DNA from: a virus
Taxonomy: Duplodnaviria; Heunggongvirae; Uroviricota; Caudoviricetes
Direction: 5' to 3' (one strand)
Virus record (IMG/VR): IMGVR_UViG_3300025887_000009
Length of the DNA: 61,214 nucleotides
Of the stretch, positions 48,324 to 57,324 are shown piece after piece. A program made the translations under genes and the position numbers. Every line of letters starts with the position of its first letter. The stretch's first letter is position 1. Below the pieces are notes generated by a model. The model was not told where the DNA came from and did not search any database. It was given only the letters and a program-made list of their open reading frames with translations.

Positions 48324-48635
48324 ATGAAAGAATATTTTAATTTTAACGGTGTTGCAAAGCGCCAGGAGTATTGGGCAGTAATGTTGCTATCCATTTTCGC
48401 AATTATTATAGCAATGATTGCAATGCTTGACCCGATCGGTATGATAATTGCAGTGGCTCTTCTAATAGCTACTGTTTGGATTGGATTAGCAACTACTGTT
48501 CGTAGGTTGCGAGATGCAGGACTTAACACTTGGTGGATTTTGGCAATCTTTGTTCCGTATGTAGGGATTATTGCAACGATTGTATTTGGGGTTGTTGCAA
48601 CTGCTACCGAACCTACGGTTCCCAATGTTAGCTGA
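48324..48635 (+). CDS. DUF805 (YhaH-like) inner-membrane protein
   Basis: FNFNG.A.RQEYW and VRRLRDAG...WW motifs. Confidence 0.8.
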   Translation: MKEYFNFNGVAKRQEYWAVMLLSIFAIIIAMIAMLDPIGMIIAVALLIATVWIGLATTVRRLRDAGLNTWWILAIFVPYVGIIATIVFGVVATATEPTVPNVS

Positions 48636-49008
48636 TGCACAAAAAGAGGGCAGGGCACCTTGGACAGAGTTAGTTGTTGAAACACAACACTACAATGTCT
48701 ACAAGGATATCTATCCTGTTACCAAAGGACACCTGTTGTTTATTCCTAAAGAAGAAACATGGGACTGTCTTGCTTGGTGTTACAAAGCTGCATACAATTG
48801 GGGATACGGGTGGGTTAAAGAAGAATACTGTGATGCATTTAACGTCGGACAGAATGTAGGCGAAGCAGCCGGACAGACTGTAATGTATCCACATGTACAC
48901 CTTATCCCAAGACGCACCGGAGACATGGACGATCCAAGAGGTGGCGTACGACATGTTATTCCCGAAAAGGGAAATTACAAGAAAGATTCAAATGCCGAGA
49001 TTGGTTAA
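48625..49008 (+). CDS. HIT family nucleotide hydrolase
   Basis: D.YPVTKGHLLFIPK, N.G.N.GEAAGQTV.YPHVHLIPRR.GD. Confidence 0.9.
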   Translation: MLADAQKEGRAPWTELVVETQHYNVYKDIYPVTKGHLLFIPKEETWDCLAWCYKAAYNWGYGWVKEEYCDAFNVGQNVGEAAGQTVMYPHVHLIPRRTGDMDDPRGGVRHVIPEKGNYKKDSNAEIG

Positions 49009-49429
49009 TTTAAGCAATAATAATTTTTCTATTTTTGAATTCTTTCCAGATGCCTACTGGGATCATAATCGTAGAACCTGGAATTTTACAATAACGGATG
49101 AGTATCCTTACACTGCATACGTATTTGATTCAACAGACAATCAACATATGTTAAAAAATATACGGATCCATGCAGAACGATGCGGAGCAGACGATATACT
49201 GTATCTCAAAAAAAACATAACCTACAGCTATTGTTATAACAAAGGCAACGTATCAGAATATGCAGAGGACTGGCAGCGAATACATTGCAGCTGGTGGGTA
49301 TTTCATTTTGCTTCTGAAATAGACCGAACTGCACTGCTACTAAAATACAACAACAAATTATACACAGAGATGACCGAGTTTCATCCAGAATATACCTGGC
49401 ATACTAAAGAAAACACAAGAAATTGGTAA
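48992..49429 (+). CDS. Hypothetical protein
   Basis: ATG 48992 overlapping HIT end; fills gap. Confidence 0.55.
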   Translation: MPRLVNLSNNNFSIFEFFPDAYWDHNRRTWNFTITDEYPYTAYVFDSTDNQHMLKNIRIHAERCGADDILYLKKNITYSYCYNKGNVSEYAEDWQRIHCSWWVFHFASEIDRTALLLKYNNKLYTEMTEFHPEYTWHTKENTRNW

Positions 49430-49442
49430 AGGAGAAATACTA

Positions 49443-49643
49443 ATGAGAGAAGAGATTATAAAAGTGGCAGCAGCCCACGCGCAGGCACATGTCAGCAAGC
49501 ATAGGATGAACGTAGAAGTTTATCTTAAGAATCCTGCAGGTATCGGAGAGCATTCTGATATTATGGAGGCTATCGAAGTTGAGTTAGAACAGATGGCAAA
49601 GTATCATGATCATCTTGAAATGCTTGACAAATATTTTAAGTAA
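49443..49643 (+). CDS. Small conserved-looking phage protein
   Basis: NVEVYL.NPAGIGEHSD; AAGGAG SD. Confidence 0.7.
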   Translation: MREEIIKVAAAHAQAHVSKHRMNVEVYLKNPAGIGEHSDIMEAIEVELEQMAKYHDHLEMLDKYFK

Positions 49644-49646
49644 TGC

Positions 49647-49675
49647 TTGACAAAAACCTAAATACATGGTATAAT
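49647..49675 (+). promoter_or_regulatory. Sigma70 promoter for folE with nested TAAATA
   Basis: TTGACA-17 nt-TATAAT; TAAATA 49659-49664 in spacer. Confidence 0.8.
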
Positions 49676-49728
49676 AGTTTTAAGGACTATTATACCTAGT
49701 CATCCACGACAATAACTCGGAGAAATTA

Positions 49729-50415
49729 ATGGATACAAGTAAAACAATAAAAGACAGGATCGAAGCAGCAGGCGCGAGATATTGGGCCGGTGACAACATT
49801 TCTGAATTTATTCAAGAAGGTGAGAAGCAAAAGCTCATCGACGAACTTACAACAAAATTCGAAGACGTATTAGATTCGCTTGTAATTGACAGGCACAATG
49901 ATCCTAATTCAATAGACACTGGTAGACGTCTTGCTAAAATGTATATCAAAGAAATTATGAGCGGACGTTATGACAAGATTCCTAACGCAACTGCATTTCC
50001 AAATGATCCTAAAGACGGCTACGACGGTATGTTAGTAGTTCGCTCTGAACTTAAATCTATGTGCTCACATCATCACCAGCCTGTATCGGGCGTAGCTTAC
50101 ATTGGCATTATTGCTGCCAGCAAGCTGATTGGTTTAAGTAAGTACACCCGTATTGCACAGTGGTGTGCAAGACGCGGCACATTACAGGAAGAACTTGCTG
50201 TAGACATTGCCAGAGAAATCGAAAAGGCTACTGATTCGAAAAATATCGGTGTGTACATACAAGCTACACACGGTTGTTGCGAAAATCGTGGCATTATGGC
50301 ACATTCAAGTCTTACACAGACTACCGTGTTAAAAGGTGCGTTTAACGACGATCCTGCCACAAAGCAAGAATTCTTTGAAAATATTAAACTACAACAGGAG
50401 TTTGCACCGCGATGA
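49729..50415 (+). CDS. folE: GTP cyclohydrolase I
   Basis: T..RLAKMY, SMCSHH, IGLSKY.R, RR..LQE, HGC...RG. Confidence 0.95.
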   Translation: MDTSKTIKDRIEAAGARYWAGDNISEFIQEGEKQKLIDELTTKFEDVLDSLVIDRHNDPNSIDTGRRLAKMYIKEIMSGRYDKIPNATAFPNDPKDGYDGMLVVRSELKSMCSHHHQPVSGVAYIGIIAASKLIGLSKYTRIAQWCARRGTLQEELAVDIAREIEKATDSKNIGVYIQATHGCCENRGIMAHSSLTQTTVLKGAFNDDPATKQEFFENIKLQQEFAPR

Positions 50416-50705
50416 AATGGCTTAAAAGAAAAGCAAGACGAATGATAGAACAACTGTTGTACGACGTTGACGAAACTGATTCGAAAAAGTCGCACTCTTT
50501 AAACAGCGGCGTTGAAGGGAAGTACTTACATGCAGACCCTGTACTAAATTTTAAGATTTACAAAGCAAACAACGGACAGATATTAGAATTTAGAAGTTAC
50601 GATTCGCATAATGACAGGACAGATTCTGCTACGTATATAATCAACACAGACGAAGACGTTGCAGAAAAAGTAGCAAAATGTCTTACTAGGGAACTAATGA
50701 GATGA
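50412..50705 (+). CDS. Hypothetical protein
   Basis: ATGA-coupled to folE; F.IYKANNG.I.E. Confidence 0.7.
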   Translation: MKWLKRKARRMIEQLLYDVDETDSKKSHSLNSGVEGKYLHADPVLNFKIYKANNGQILEFRSYDSHNDRTDSATYIINTDEDVAEKVAKCLTRELMR

Positions 50706-51313
50706 AAAAGAGATTAGTTGCATTTGGTTGCGGAAATACATACGGCCACGGATTGGTTGACTGCATTACTGAGGACTGGAGGGCCGGACCGGTTCCTAGT
50801 AAGAATGCATGGCCTTCATTATTAGCATCTAAGCTAGATTTAATTTGCGTAAATGCCGGAATACCCGGTGCAAGTGTTAAAGAAATTTGGCATAAGATAA
50901 TCTATTTTGATTTTGAAGAAGACGATACTGTTATTATAATGTGGCCAGATAGAAGTAGATGGTGTATTTTTAAAGATAACAATGAAATATTTCAAATCAG
51001 TAATCAGTTATCTAACAAGGTATCTAAAACGTTTTATAGCTATTTAAATAATCCAAATGATCGATTAATTGAACTAAACTTATATATGTCGCATGTTCAT
51101 TTACTGTTAACGCAGAAGAATGTTAAGAACTATCATTTAAACTTTAGTTTTTTTAATTTTGTACAAGAGAGTTATAATGATTCAGAAGTTATCAAACTAT
51201 CGATAGAAGAACTTAAAAATCAATATCCGCTAGCAAAAGATAAAATACACCCCGGTGCCCTAGCACATGAAGCATTTGCTACTCAATTACACATTATACT
51301 GGATACAAAATGA
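50702..51313 (+). CDS. SGNH/GDSL hydrolase-like protein (block I Ser replaced by Gly)
   Basis: LVAFGCGNTYG, WP.LLA, N.GIPG.S, DKIHPG..AH. Confidence 0.6.
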   Translation: MKKRLVAFGCGNTYGHGLVDCITEDWRAGPVPSKNAWPSLLASKLDLICVNAGIPGASVKEIWHKIIYFDFEEDDTVIIMWPDRSRWCIFKDNNEIFQISNQLSNKVSKTFYSYLNNPNDRLIELNLYMSHVHLLLTQKNVKNYHLNFSFFNFVQESYNDSEVIKLSIEELKNQYPLAKDKIHPGALAHEAFATQLHIILDTK

Positions 51314-51699
51314 AAAATTTATTATCATATTCTGAATGGAAAGAAATCCATTCAGAAAACACTAAGTTTGAAGAAATAGAAGCAACAATTAAAAAATTAA
51401 ATTTCAAAGGTTATACAAGTTCGCTTGCGTGGAAAGATAAAACCGGCAAAGAATTGCTAGTAGAAACAAAGGTAATTGATCAACTATCTGACTTGCATAC
51501 TTATGATTTTTCTAATTGCTATCTTTATGCGCTCAATTTCATAGAATATACATATTATCATACACCTGAGGGCACTAATGCTTGGGATTATGATTTTATC
51601 GAATTGTCTAAATTTAATAAAGATATTCGTTACTCATATCGAATAAGATTTGCCGGATTAGAAAAGAAAAGGAACAAGTATGAAACTGCGTTACAGTGA
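51310..51699 (+). CDS. AT-rich hypothetical protein
   Basis: ATGA-coupled; 129 aa. Confidence 0.55.
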   Translation: MKNLLSYSEWKEIHSENTKFEEIEATIKKLNFKGYTSSLAWKDKTGKELLVETKVIDQLSDLHTYDFSNCYLYALNFIEYTYYHTPEGTNAWDYDFIELSKFNKDIRYSYRIRFAGLEKKRNKYETALQ

Positions 51700-51775
51700 A
51701 GCGTTTTACAGCGCACAAGGCGAAGACGTTGCAGAAAAAGTAGCAAAATGTCTTACTAGGGAATTAATGAGATGA
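51680..51775 (+). other. Chimeric 31-codon mini-ORF: QueE N-terminus fused in frame to the C-terminus of ORF 50412
   Basis: MKLRYSEAFYSAQGE-DVAEKVAKCLTRELMR*; 51667-51725 matches 52338-52396 (4 mismatches); 51721-51775 matches 50651-50705 (1 mismatch). Confidence 0.9.
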
Positions 51776-52332
51776 TCATAAGCAGAGTGTCGCCTAAGAT
51801 CATTAATACTTTTGCAAAACCGAAAAATTCAGATAGCAATGGAAAGTACGGAAATGCAATACAGAATTTATACGATTCTGCAGGGATCACAACTAGTCAA
51901 GGTTCTGGCAATGACATACCAGAGTTGCATTTAGAGATCAAATCTAGAGATCCTGTAAAAAATTGCCATATCAGCGTAGGATCATATAAACTTATCGATG
52001 TCGTTAATTCTAATGGAAAGTGCATGTTAAAGAAGATGCAGAAATGGAATTTACACAATCACACCGGCGGTGTAGTTACTAGCACTATCTATATAGATTT
52101 TACCACAATTCATAATGAACTTATAGTAGAGTTTGACGATCTAGCTAACCAACTGCGCAATGATCCATTAACAAAATGGACGTTAGCAAAGACTAATAAT
52201 TTCATAATCGAACGAGCTTCAGATGACGATGATGAATTAATAAAGCTAAGAATTAAATCATCTAAATTAAATGGATTAATACATCGATCCAAAACTGTAA
52301 ATCAGTTCAACAATTTATTTACGGAATGCTAA
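51772..52332 (+). CDS. Putative PD-(D/E)xK nuclease-like accessory protein
   Basis: G..G..I...Y and NDIPELHLEIKSR (D...ExK) pattern; AT-rich. Confidence 0.4.
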   Translation: MIISRVSPKIINTFAKPKNSDSNGKYGNAIQNLYDSAGITTSQGSGNDIPELHLEIKSRDPVKNCHISVGSYKLIDVVNSNGKCMLKKMQKWNLHNHTGGVVTSTIYIDFTTIHNELIVEFDDLANQLRNDPLTKWTLAKTNNFIIERASDDDDELIKLRIKSSKLNGLIHRSKTVNQFNNLFTEC

Positions 52333-52350
52333 AATGAAAAAGGAACAAGT

Positions 52351-53223
52351 ATGAAACTGCGTTATAGCGAAGCGTTTTACAGCGTACAGGGCGAAGGACA
52401 ATATGTAGGAGTACCTAGTGTATTCCTACGCACTTTTGGTTGCAACTTCCGCTGCATGAACTTTGGGTTGCCACGGGGTACTCCAAAAGATAAATACAAT
52501 CCAGAAGTCAAAGAACTAATTGACCAGGGGGTACATAAGAATACCCAAAATTTTAACGACTTGCCAATTATTCATACAGGTTGCGATACATACGCAAGTA
52601 TCTATCCTGAATTTAAAAGCCTTATGATGACTAAGACAGCTGACGAAGTTGCCGATCATCTACTAAGTATGACTCCAGAAGGCAAGTGGACTATGGATAA
52701 CGGACAAGACATCCACCTTATCCTAACTGGCGGCGAACCTTTGCTAGGATGGCAAAAGTTTTATATAGAGCTATTCGAGCATCCACGTATGCAGGATTTG
52801 AAAAATGTTACCATTGAAACTAATACTACACAGTTTCTACAGCAAGAATTTAGAGATTACCTTAAAGATCGGGCAGGATTTAAGGTTACGTTTTCGTGTA
52901 GTCCTAAACTTTCTGTTTCCGGTGAAGATTGGAGCGAAGCTATTAAGCCTACTGTTGCTGCCGATTATGCCAGCATACTTGATGCTGATATGTATCTCAA
53001 GTTTGTGGTTGCTGACGAAACAGATGTGGACGAAGTTGGGCAAGCTGTTGCTGCATACAGAGAACTCGGAGTTCAATGTCCTGTCTATCTCATGCCGCTC
53101 GGTGGGCGCTCCGAGGGTTATGCGCTTACAGAACAAAAAGTTGCAGAACTTGCAATGCAACAAGGATGGAGATTCTCCCCAAGAATGCATATCGGATTGT
53201 TCGGAAATGCCTGGGGAACTTAA
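52351..53223 (+). CDS. queE: 7-carboxy-7-deazaguanine synthase (radical SAM QueE)
   Basis: FYSVQGEG...G.PSVFLR.FGCNFRC...CDT (long insertion before third Cys), LTGGEP, IETN, SPKL, LKFVV, SPR.H. Confidence 0.9.
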   Translation: MKLRYSEAFYSVQGEGQYVGVPSVFLRTFGCNFRCMNFGLPRGTPKDKYNPEVKELIDQGVHKNTQNFNDLPIIHTGCDTYASIYPEFKSLMMTKTADEVADHLLSMTPEGKWTMDNGQDIHLILTGGEPLLGWQKFYIELFEHPRMQDLKNVTIETNTTQFLQQEFRDYLKDRAGFKVTFSCSPKLSVSGEDWSEAIKPTVAADYASILDADMYLKFVVADETDVDEVGQAVAAYRELGVQCPVYLMPLGGRSEGYALTEQKVAELAMQQGWRFSPRMHIGLFGNAWGT

Positions 53224-53246
53224 GAAATGAAAGTGAAATATAACTA

Positions 53247-53636
53247 ATGAAATGGATTAAAAGAGTTTTCGGCAGTGAAGAAGTAAAGACTGCTCCAGAA
53301 GACGATTACGTTACAACCGAAGACAAACGCAGAGCTGTCCTCCAGAAAGAAAAGGATGAAGCAACTGCCAAAGGCGAAGCTTGGGTATCTGTAATTGACA
53401 CCCAAGTTAATCCTAAGGATATTAAAAACGGTTTCTTTGAACTTGACTGGAATAACGAATTTATTGAGCAATTACTTGATGCAGGTTATTCTGGCGAAAC
53501 GAATGAAGATATCATCAATGCTTGGTTTACTACCATTGTTTATCAAATGCTCGATGAAGAAGAGGTTGACACAAAGCCTGATGTCGGGTATATTAAAGTA
53601 GTACCGGGTGCAAAAGGCAAAAGTGAGGTTTCATGA
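53247..53636 (+). CDS. Hypothetical protein
   Basis: GFFELDWNNEFI..L..AGY motif; 129 aa. Confidence 0.7.
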   Translation: MKWIKRVFGSEEVKTAPEDDYVTTEDKRRAVLQKEKDEATAKGEAWVSVIDTQVNPKDIKNGFFELDWNNEFIEQLLDAGYSGETNEDIINAWFTTIVYQMLDEEEVDTKPDVGYIKVVPGAKGKSEVS

Positions 53637-54613
53637 CTTATATTATAGTCGACACGGCTAATTTATTTTTTAGAGCAAGGCACGTTATACGCGGTGATCT
53701 TGATACAAAAGTAGGCATGTGCCTACTAATCACGTTCAATGCTGTTCGAAAAGCATGGCGAGATTTTAACGGATCGCATGTAGTGTTCTGCTTAGAAGGT
53801 CGCAGCTGGCGTAAAGACTTTTACGAACCGTATAAACGTAATCGCAAAGAATCGCGCGATGCTATGTCTCCGCGCGAACAAGAAGAAGATGAATTGTTTT
53901 GGGAAGTGTTTGACGAGTTTAAAAACTTTATTACCGAAAAGACAAACTGTACAGTCTTGCAACATAAGCAACTTGAAGCAGATGATTTGATTGCAGGATG
54001 GGTACAGAATCACCCAGATGATGATCATATCATTTTGTCAACAGATGGCGATTTTGCGCAATTAATTGCTCCTAATGTAAAGCAGTATAACGGAGTATCA
54101 AACACACTTATTACAGTAGATGGTTATTTTGACGATAACAACAAACCTGTTATTGAAAAGAAGACCGGCAAAGTAAAGCCTGCTCCTGATCCTAAATGGA
54201 TGCTATTTGAAAAATGTGTGCGCGGTGATACAAGTGACAACGTGTTTAGTGCATATCCAGGTGCACGTAAGAAAGGCACTAAGAACAAGATCGGCATGAC
54301 AGAGGCGTTCGAAGACAAAGGCAATAAAGGTTACAACTGGAATAACTTTATGCTACAGCGATGGACTGATCATGAAGGCGTAGAACATCGTGTACTCAAT
54401 GACTACGAACGCAATGTTACATTGTGTGACTTAACTGCACAACCGCCCGAGATTAAAGAGATTATCAATCAGGAGATTGCAAACGTTGAGCCTAAAAATA
54501 TCGGCCAAGTTGGCATACGTCTTATGAAGTTTTGTGCTAAGTGGGATATCAATCGAGTAGCAGAACAAGTTCAAAGCTATTCAGATCAATACAGCACAGG
54601 GTACAACAAATGA
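53633..54613 (+). CDS. RNase H/5'-3' exonuclease (T4 rnh/FEN-like)
   Basis: IVD..N, WRK..Y..YK.NR, EADDLIA, STDGDF.QL, GDTSDNV. Confidence 0.9.
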   Translation: MTYIIVDTANLFFRARHVIRGDLDTKVGMCLLITFNAVRKAWRDFNGSHVVFCLEGRSWRKDFYEPYKRNRKESRDAMSPREQEEDELFWEVFDEFKNFITEKTNCTVLQHKQLEADDLIAGWVQNHPDDDHIILSTDGDFAQLIAPNVKQYNGVSNTLITVDGYFDDNNKPVIEKKTGKVKPAPDPKWMLFEKCVRGDTSDNVFSAYPGARKKGTKNKIGMTEAFEDKGNKGYNWNNFMLQRWTDHEGVEHRVLNDYERNVTLCDLTAQPPEIKEIINQEIANVEPKNIGQVGIRLMKFCAKWDINRVAEQVQSYSDQYSTGYNK

Positions 54614-55086
54614 CTATCAAAGCAAAATCAATCCTAGAAGACAAATTTTGGATCATCGAAGACAACAACAAACGTGTAGGTACACTATCACGTAATGAAG
54701 ATAGATATTTTTATCAACGTGGTGATAAAACAGAAGTTTTTAACACAGAAAAACAGATGAAGAAGTATCTAGGCAAGATTACATGGACTTCAAAAGAAGT
54801 TGAAGAAACTAAAGAAGAAGTTGATATGGAGATTTACGGATTTCCAACTAGTGCGCCTGCTGCTACATCACTGTTTGATATTAAACGCAAACTACCATTG
54901 TTTACTAAGAGCATAAAATCAACCAGTCTTTATTGTGCAGGATATTACATTATCAGATTTGAGAAAGGCTGGCTTAAAAGTTTCTCTCCGAAGATAATGA
55001 CGCTCGAATCTTATGATTACCAAGGACCGTTTAAGACATCCGTTGAAATGAAGGAAGCATTAAAAATTGCCAATAGAACCACTTAA
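54610..55086 (+). CDS. Hypothetical protein
   Basis: ATGA overlap; LPLFTKS.KS...YCAGYY..F. Confidence 0.7.
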   Translation: MTIKAKSILEDKFWIIEDNNKRVGTLSRNEDRYFYQRGDKTEVFNTEKQMKKYLGKITWTSKEVEETKEEVDMEIYGFPTSAPAATSLFDIKRKLPLFTKSIKSTSLYCAGYYIIRFEKGWLKSFSPKIMTLESYDYQGPFKTSVEMKEALKIANRTT

Positions 55087-55306
55087 CACAATACCAGTAC
55101 AACAGTTCATGCAGCGGGTAAAAACTGCCGATAAAGCTAAAGCTAAAGAAGTAAAGCTTTCCTTAGACGAAGCAAAAACACTTGCCCTTACACTAGGGCA
55201 AGTGATGGCAAGGTTAGAAGGCGATCTAGAACGTTTTGTATACGAGGCAGGACAGGGCAATGACGAAGTTATCTCTGTTGAGATCGGCAATAAACCTGGT
55301 TGGTAA
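55067..55306 (+). CDS. Hypothetical protein
   Basis: TTG start with AAGGA SD; helical 79 aa. Confidence 0.6.
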   Translation: MPIEPLNTIPVQQFMQRVKTADKAKAKEVKLSLDEAKTLALTLGQVMARLEGDLERFVYEAGQGNDEVISVEIGNKPGW

Positions 55307-55311
55307 AGAGA

Positions 55312-55344
55312 TAAATATGCGTAGATAAAGAAGGACTACGCATA
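55312..55344 (+). promoter_or_regulatory. Late promoter overlapping a hairpin that encloses the SD
   Basis: TAAATA 55312-55317; TATGCGTAG (55316-55324) and CTACGCATA (55336-55344) perfect 9-bp stem with AAGGA in the loop. Confidence 0.65.
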
Positions 55345-55346
55345 CC

Positions 55347-55634
55347 ATGTCGAGACCAAAACCAAAAGTTTTGTTAGAACATACTAACAGAGAAACTTAC
55401 AAAGTAGAACAAGTACTTGAAGCTGATGCTATATGGGCAGTGTTCTACAAAGGAAAACCGTTTAACTTAAAAAGTTCAAACATGCTTACGAGCTATCCGG
55501 GACCTAAATACAAGAAAGTTAGCTTTTCTAATCCCGGACATGCTCGTAATCTTGCAAAGAAGCTCAACGACATGTTTGAAACACACGACTTTCAAGTCTT
55601 TCATATGATCGACGGGCTACCTGTTCGTTCATGA
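55347..55634 (+). CDS. Hypothetical protein
   Basis: MSRPKP, PGPKYKKVSFSNPGHA motifs. Confidence 0.75.
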   Translation: MSRPKPKVLLEHTNRETYKVEQVLEADAIWAVFYKGKPFNLKSSNMLTSYPGPKYKKVSFSNPGHARNLAKKLNDMFETHDFQVFHMIDGLPVRS

Positions 55635-56029
55635 ACATTGAATTTTACACTAAGATTTTTTTAAAAGCTGCGGATCTTCCTGTTGACGATGTGTTGATAC
55701 GAGAACATATACACCTTTGGTGGAAGAACACACGGAACAAAGAAGGCGAAGGATTGCGACTAACTAAAGAAGGATTCGAGATGCTCGAAGAGATAGACCT
55801 TAAGCTATACGAAATTCCTTTCCACGATAAACTAAAATTTACTACACAGATTCTTATCTTCTTAGATCAGTTCATTGATTGCCCTTACTATATAACACCT
55901 AAGTGTATATACGTTACAAACGAGAAGAAAGCGGTCGAACTAACGATGCTATCCGGAGACATAAGAAAGTACGGGCTCGCAAAGGCAGCAACTAGGCTTA
56001 AAGAAAAATCCGTAAATATCAAAAAATAA
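55631..56029 (+). CDS. Hypothetical protein
   Basis: WWKN.R...GLRLT.EG; ATGA overlap. Confidence 0.7.
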   Translation: MNIEFYTKIFLKAADLPVDDVLIREHIHLWWKNTRNKEGEGLRLTKEGFEMLEEIDLKLYEIPFHDKLKFTTQILIFLDQFIDCPYYITPKCIYVTNEKKAVELTMLSGDIRKYGLAKAATRLKEKSVNIKK

Positions 56030-56031
56030 TG

Positions 56032-56060
56032 TTGACAGCCTAGAATCTAGGTGCTATTGT
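56032..56060 (+). promoter_or_regulatory. Sigma70-type promoter with palindromic spacer
   Basis: TTGACA-17 nt-TATTGT; CCTAGA-a-TCTAGG in spacer. Confidence 0.65.
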
Positions 56061-56114
56061 GTAAGCATAGTAACACACTATGACACACTTAAATGTATCT
56101 AAAAGGATTACACA

Positions 56115-57227
56115 ATGGCTAAAACTACAAGTGGCGACATTACGCGCACAGTAACACCAAAAACTGCAAAGCGCGGCTTGCTACGTGCAATGAAGAAGAA
56201 TCGTCCAATCTTCCTTTGGGGCCCTCCGGGCATTGGTAAGTCGGACATTGTTGCCCAGATGGGTGCAGATCTTAACGCACATGTTATTGACGTGCGTTTG
56301 GCACTTTGGGAACCTACAGACATTAAGGGCATTCCATATTTTGACAGCAACACGGGCACAATGGTGTGGGCGCCACCAGTAGAACTTCCTAACCAAGAAT
56401 TTGCAGATCAACATGATCAGATCATTTTGTTCTTGGACGAAATGAACTCTGCTGCGCCAGCAGTACAAGCCGCAGCGTATCAGCTTATTCTTAACCGCAA
56501 GGTTGGTACTTACGAGTTGCCAGACAATGTGTTTATTGTTGCTGCTGGTAACCGAGAAGGCGATCGCGGCGTAACATATCGTATGCCGGCTCCGTTGACT
56601 AACCGTTTTGTACACCTTGAGATGGTTCATAGCTACGATGACTGGTTCGAATGGGCTGTGCACCACGACATTCACCCAGACGTTATTGGCTTTGTTACTT
56701 TTGCTAAAGAATCACTTTACCAATTTGATCCAAAGTCAAGCACACGAGCATTTGCAACTCCGCGTTCATGGACCTTTGTTAGCGAATTGCTGCATGACGG
56801 TGTTAACGCAGGCGAAGAAGATACTACAATGGATCTTGTTTGTGGGTCAATTGGCGAAGGCCTGGCTTATAAGTTCATGGCACACCGACGCCATGCAGCA
56901 GACATGCCTAATCCAGCAGACATCCTGTCAGGTAAAGTAGAAACGCTCAAGACAAAAGAAGTTAGCGCTATGTACTCCCTTACAATTTCATTGTGCTACG
57001 AACTTAAAGACTCGCAGGAAAAAGACAACGAAGACGTCTTTACTGCTAAGTTCGATCGCTTTATGAAGTTTTCAATGGAGAACTTTGACACTGAAATGGT
57101 TGTTATGGGAGTGCGCGTTGCAATGACACAATACGACTTGTCCGTAGACCTTGATAAGTCGAAGGAATTTGACAAGTTCCACCAGAAGTATTCAAAGTTT
57201 ATTACTGCTGCCGCTGGCGGACGTTAA
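56115..57227 (+). CDS. MoxR-like AAA+ ATPase
   Basis: LWGPPGIGKS, LFLDEMN, AAGN, L.NRF, ATPRSW. Confidence 0.9.
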   Translation: MAKTTSGDITRTVTPKTAKRGLLRAMKKNRPIFLWGPPGIGKSDIVAQMGADLNAHVIDVRLALWEPTDIKGIPYFDSNTGTMVWAPPVELPNQEFADQHDQIILFLDEMNSAAPAVQAAAYQLILNRKVGTYELPDNVFIVAAGNREGDRGVTYRMPAPLTNRFVHLEMVHSYDDWFEWAVHHDIHPDVIGFVTFAKESLYQFDPKSSTRAFATPRSWTFVSELLHDGVNAGEEDTTMDLVCGSIGEGLAYKFMAHRRHAADMPNPADILSGKVETLKTKEVSAMYSLTISLCYELKDSQEKDNEDVFTAKFDRFMKFSMENFDTEMVVMGVRVAMTQYDLSVDLDKSKEFDKFHQKYSKFITAAAGGR

Positions 57228-57235
57228 AAAACAAC

Positions 57236-57261
57236 AAAGCGGGGATTTATTCCCCGCTTTT
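57236..57261 (+). terminator. Rho-independent terminator
   Basis: AAAGCGGGGA-tttat-TCCCCGCTTT(T). Confidence 0.85.
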
Positions 57262-57263
57262 AC

Positions 57264-57292
57264 TTGACACAGTTGAATAATTAGCGTATAGT
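57264..57292 (+). promoter_or_regulatory. Sigma70-type promoter
   Basis: TTGACA-17 nt-TATAGT. Confidence 0.75.
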
Positions 57293-57324
57293 ATGTATAT
57301 GTTAAACTTAATGGAGTTAAATAA

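Noticed and set aside
48324-48337. DUF805 gene start ATGAAAGAATATTT equals the first 14 nt of thyA
   Set aside because: Short, AT-rich, and similarity stops at once; consistent with chance and start-region bias
49619-49654. 13-bp direct repeat AATGCTTGACAAA giving two TTGACA boxes
   Set aside because: The first copy has no -10 at suitable spacing; too short to call a target-site duplication without comparative data
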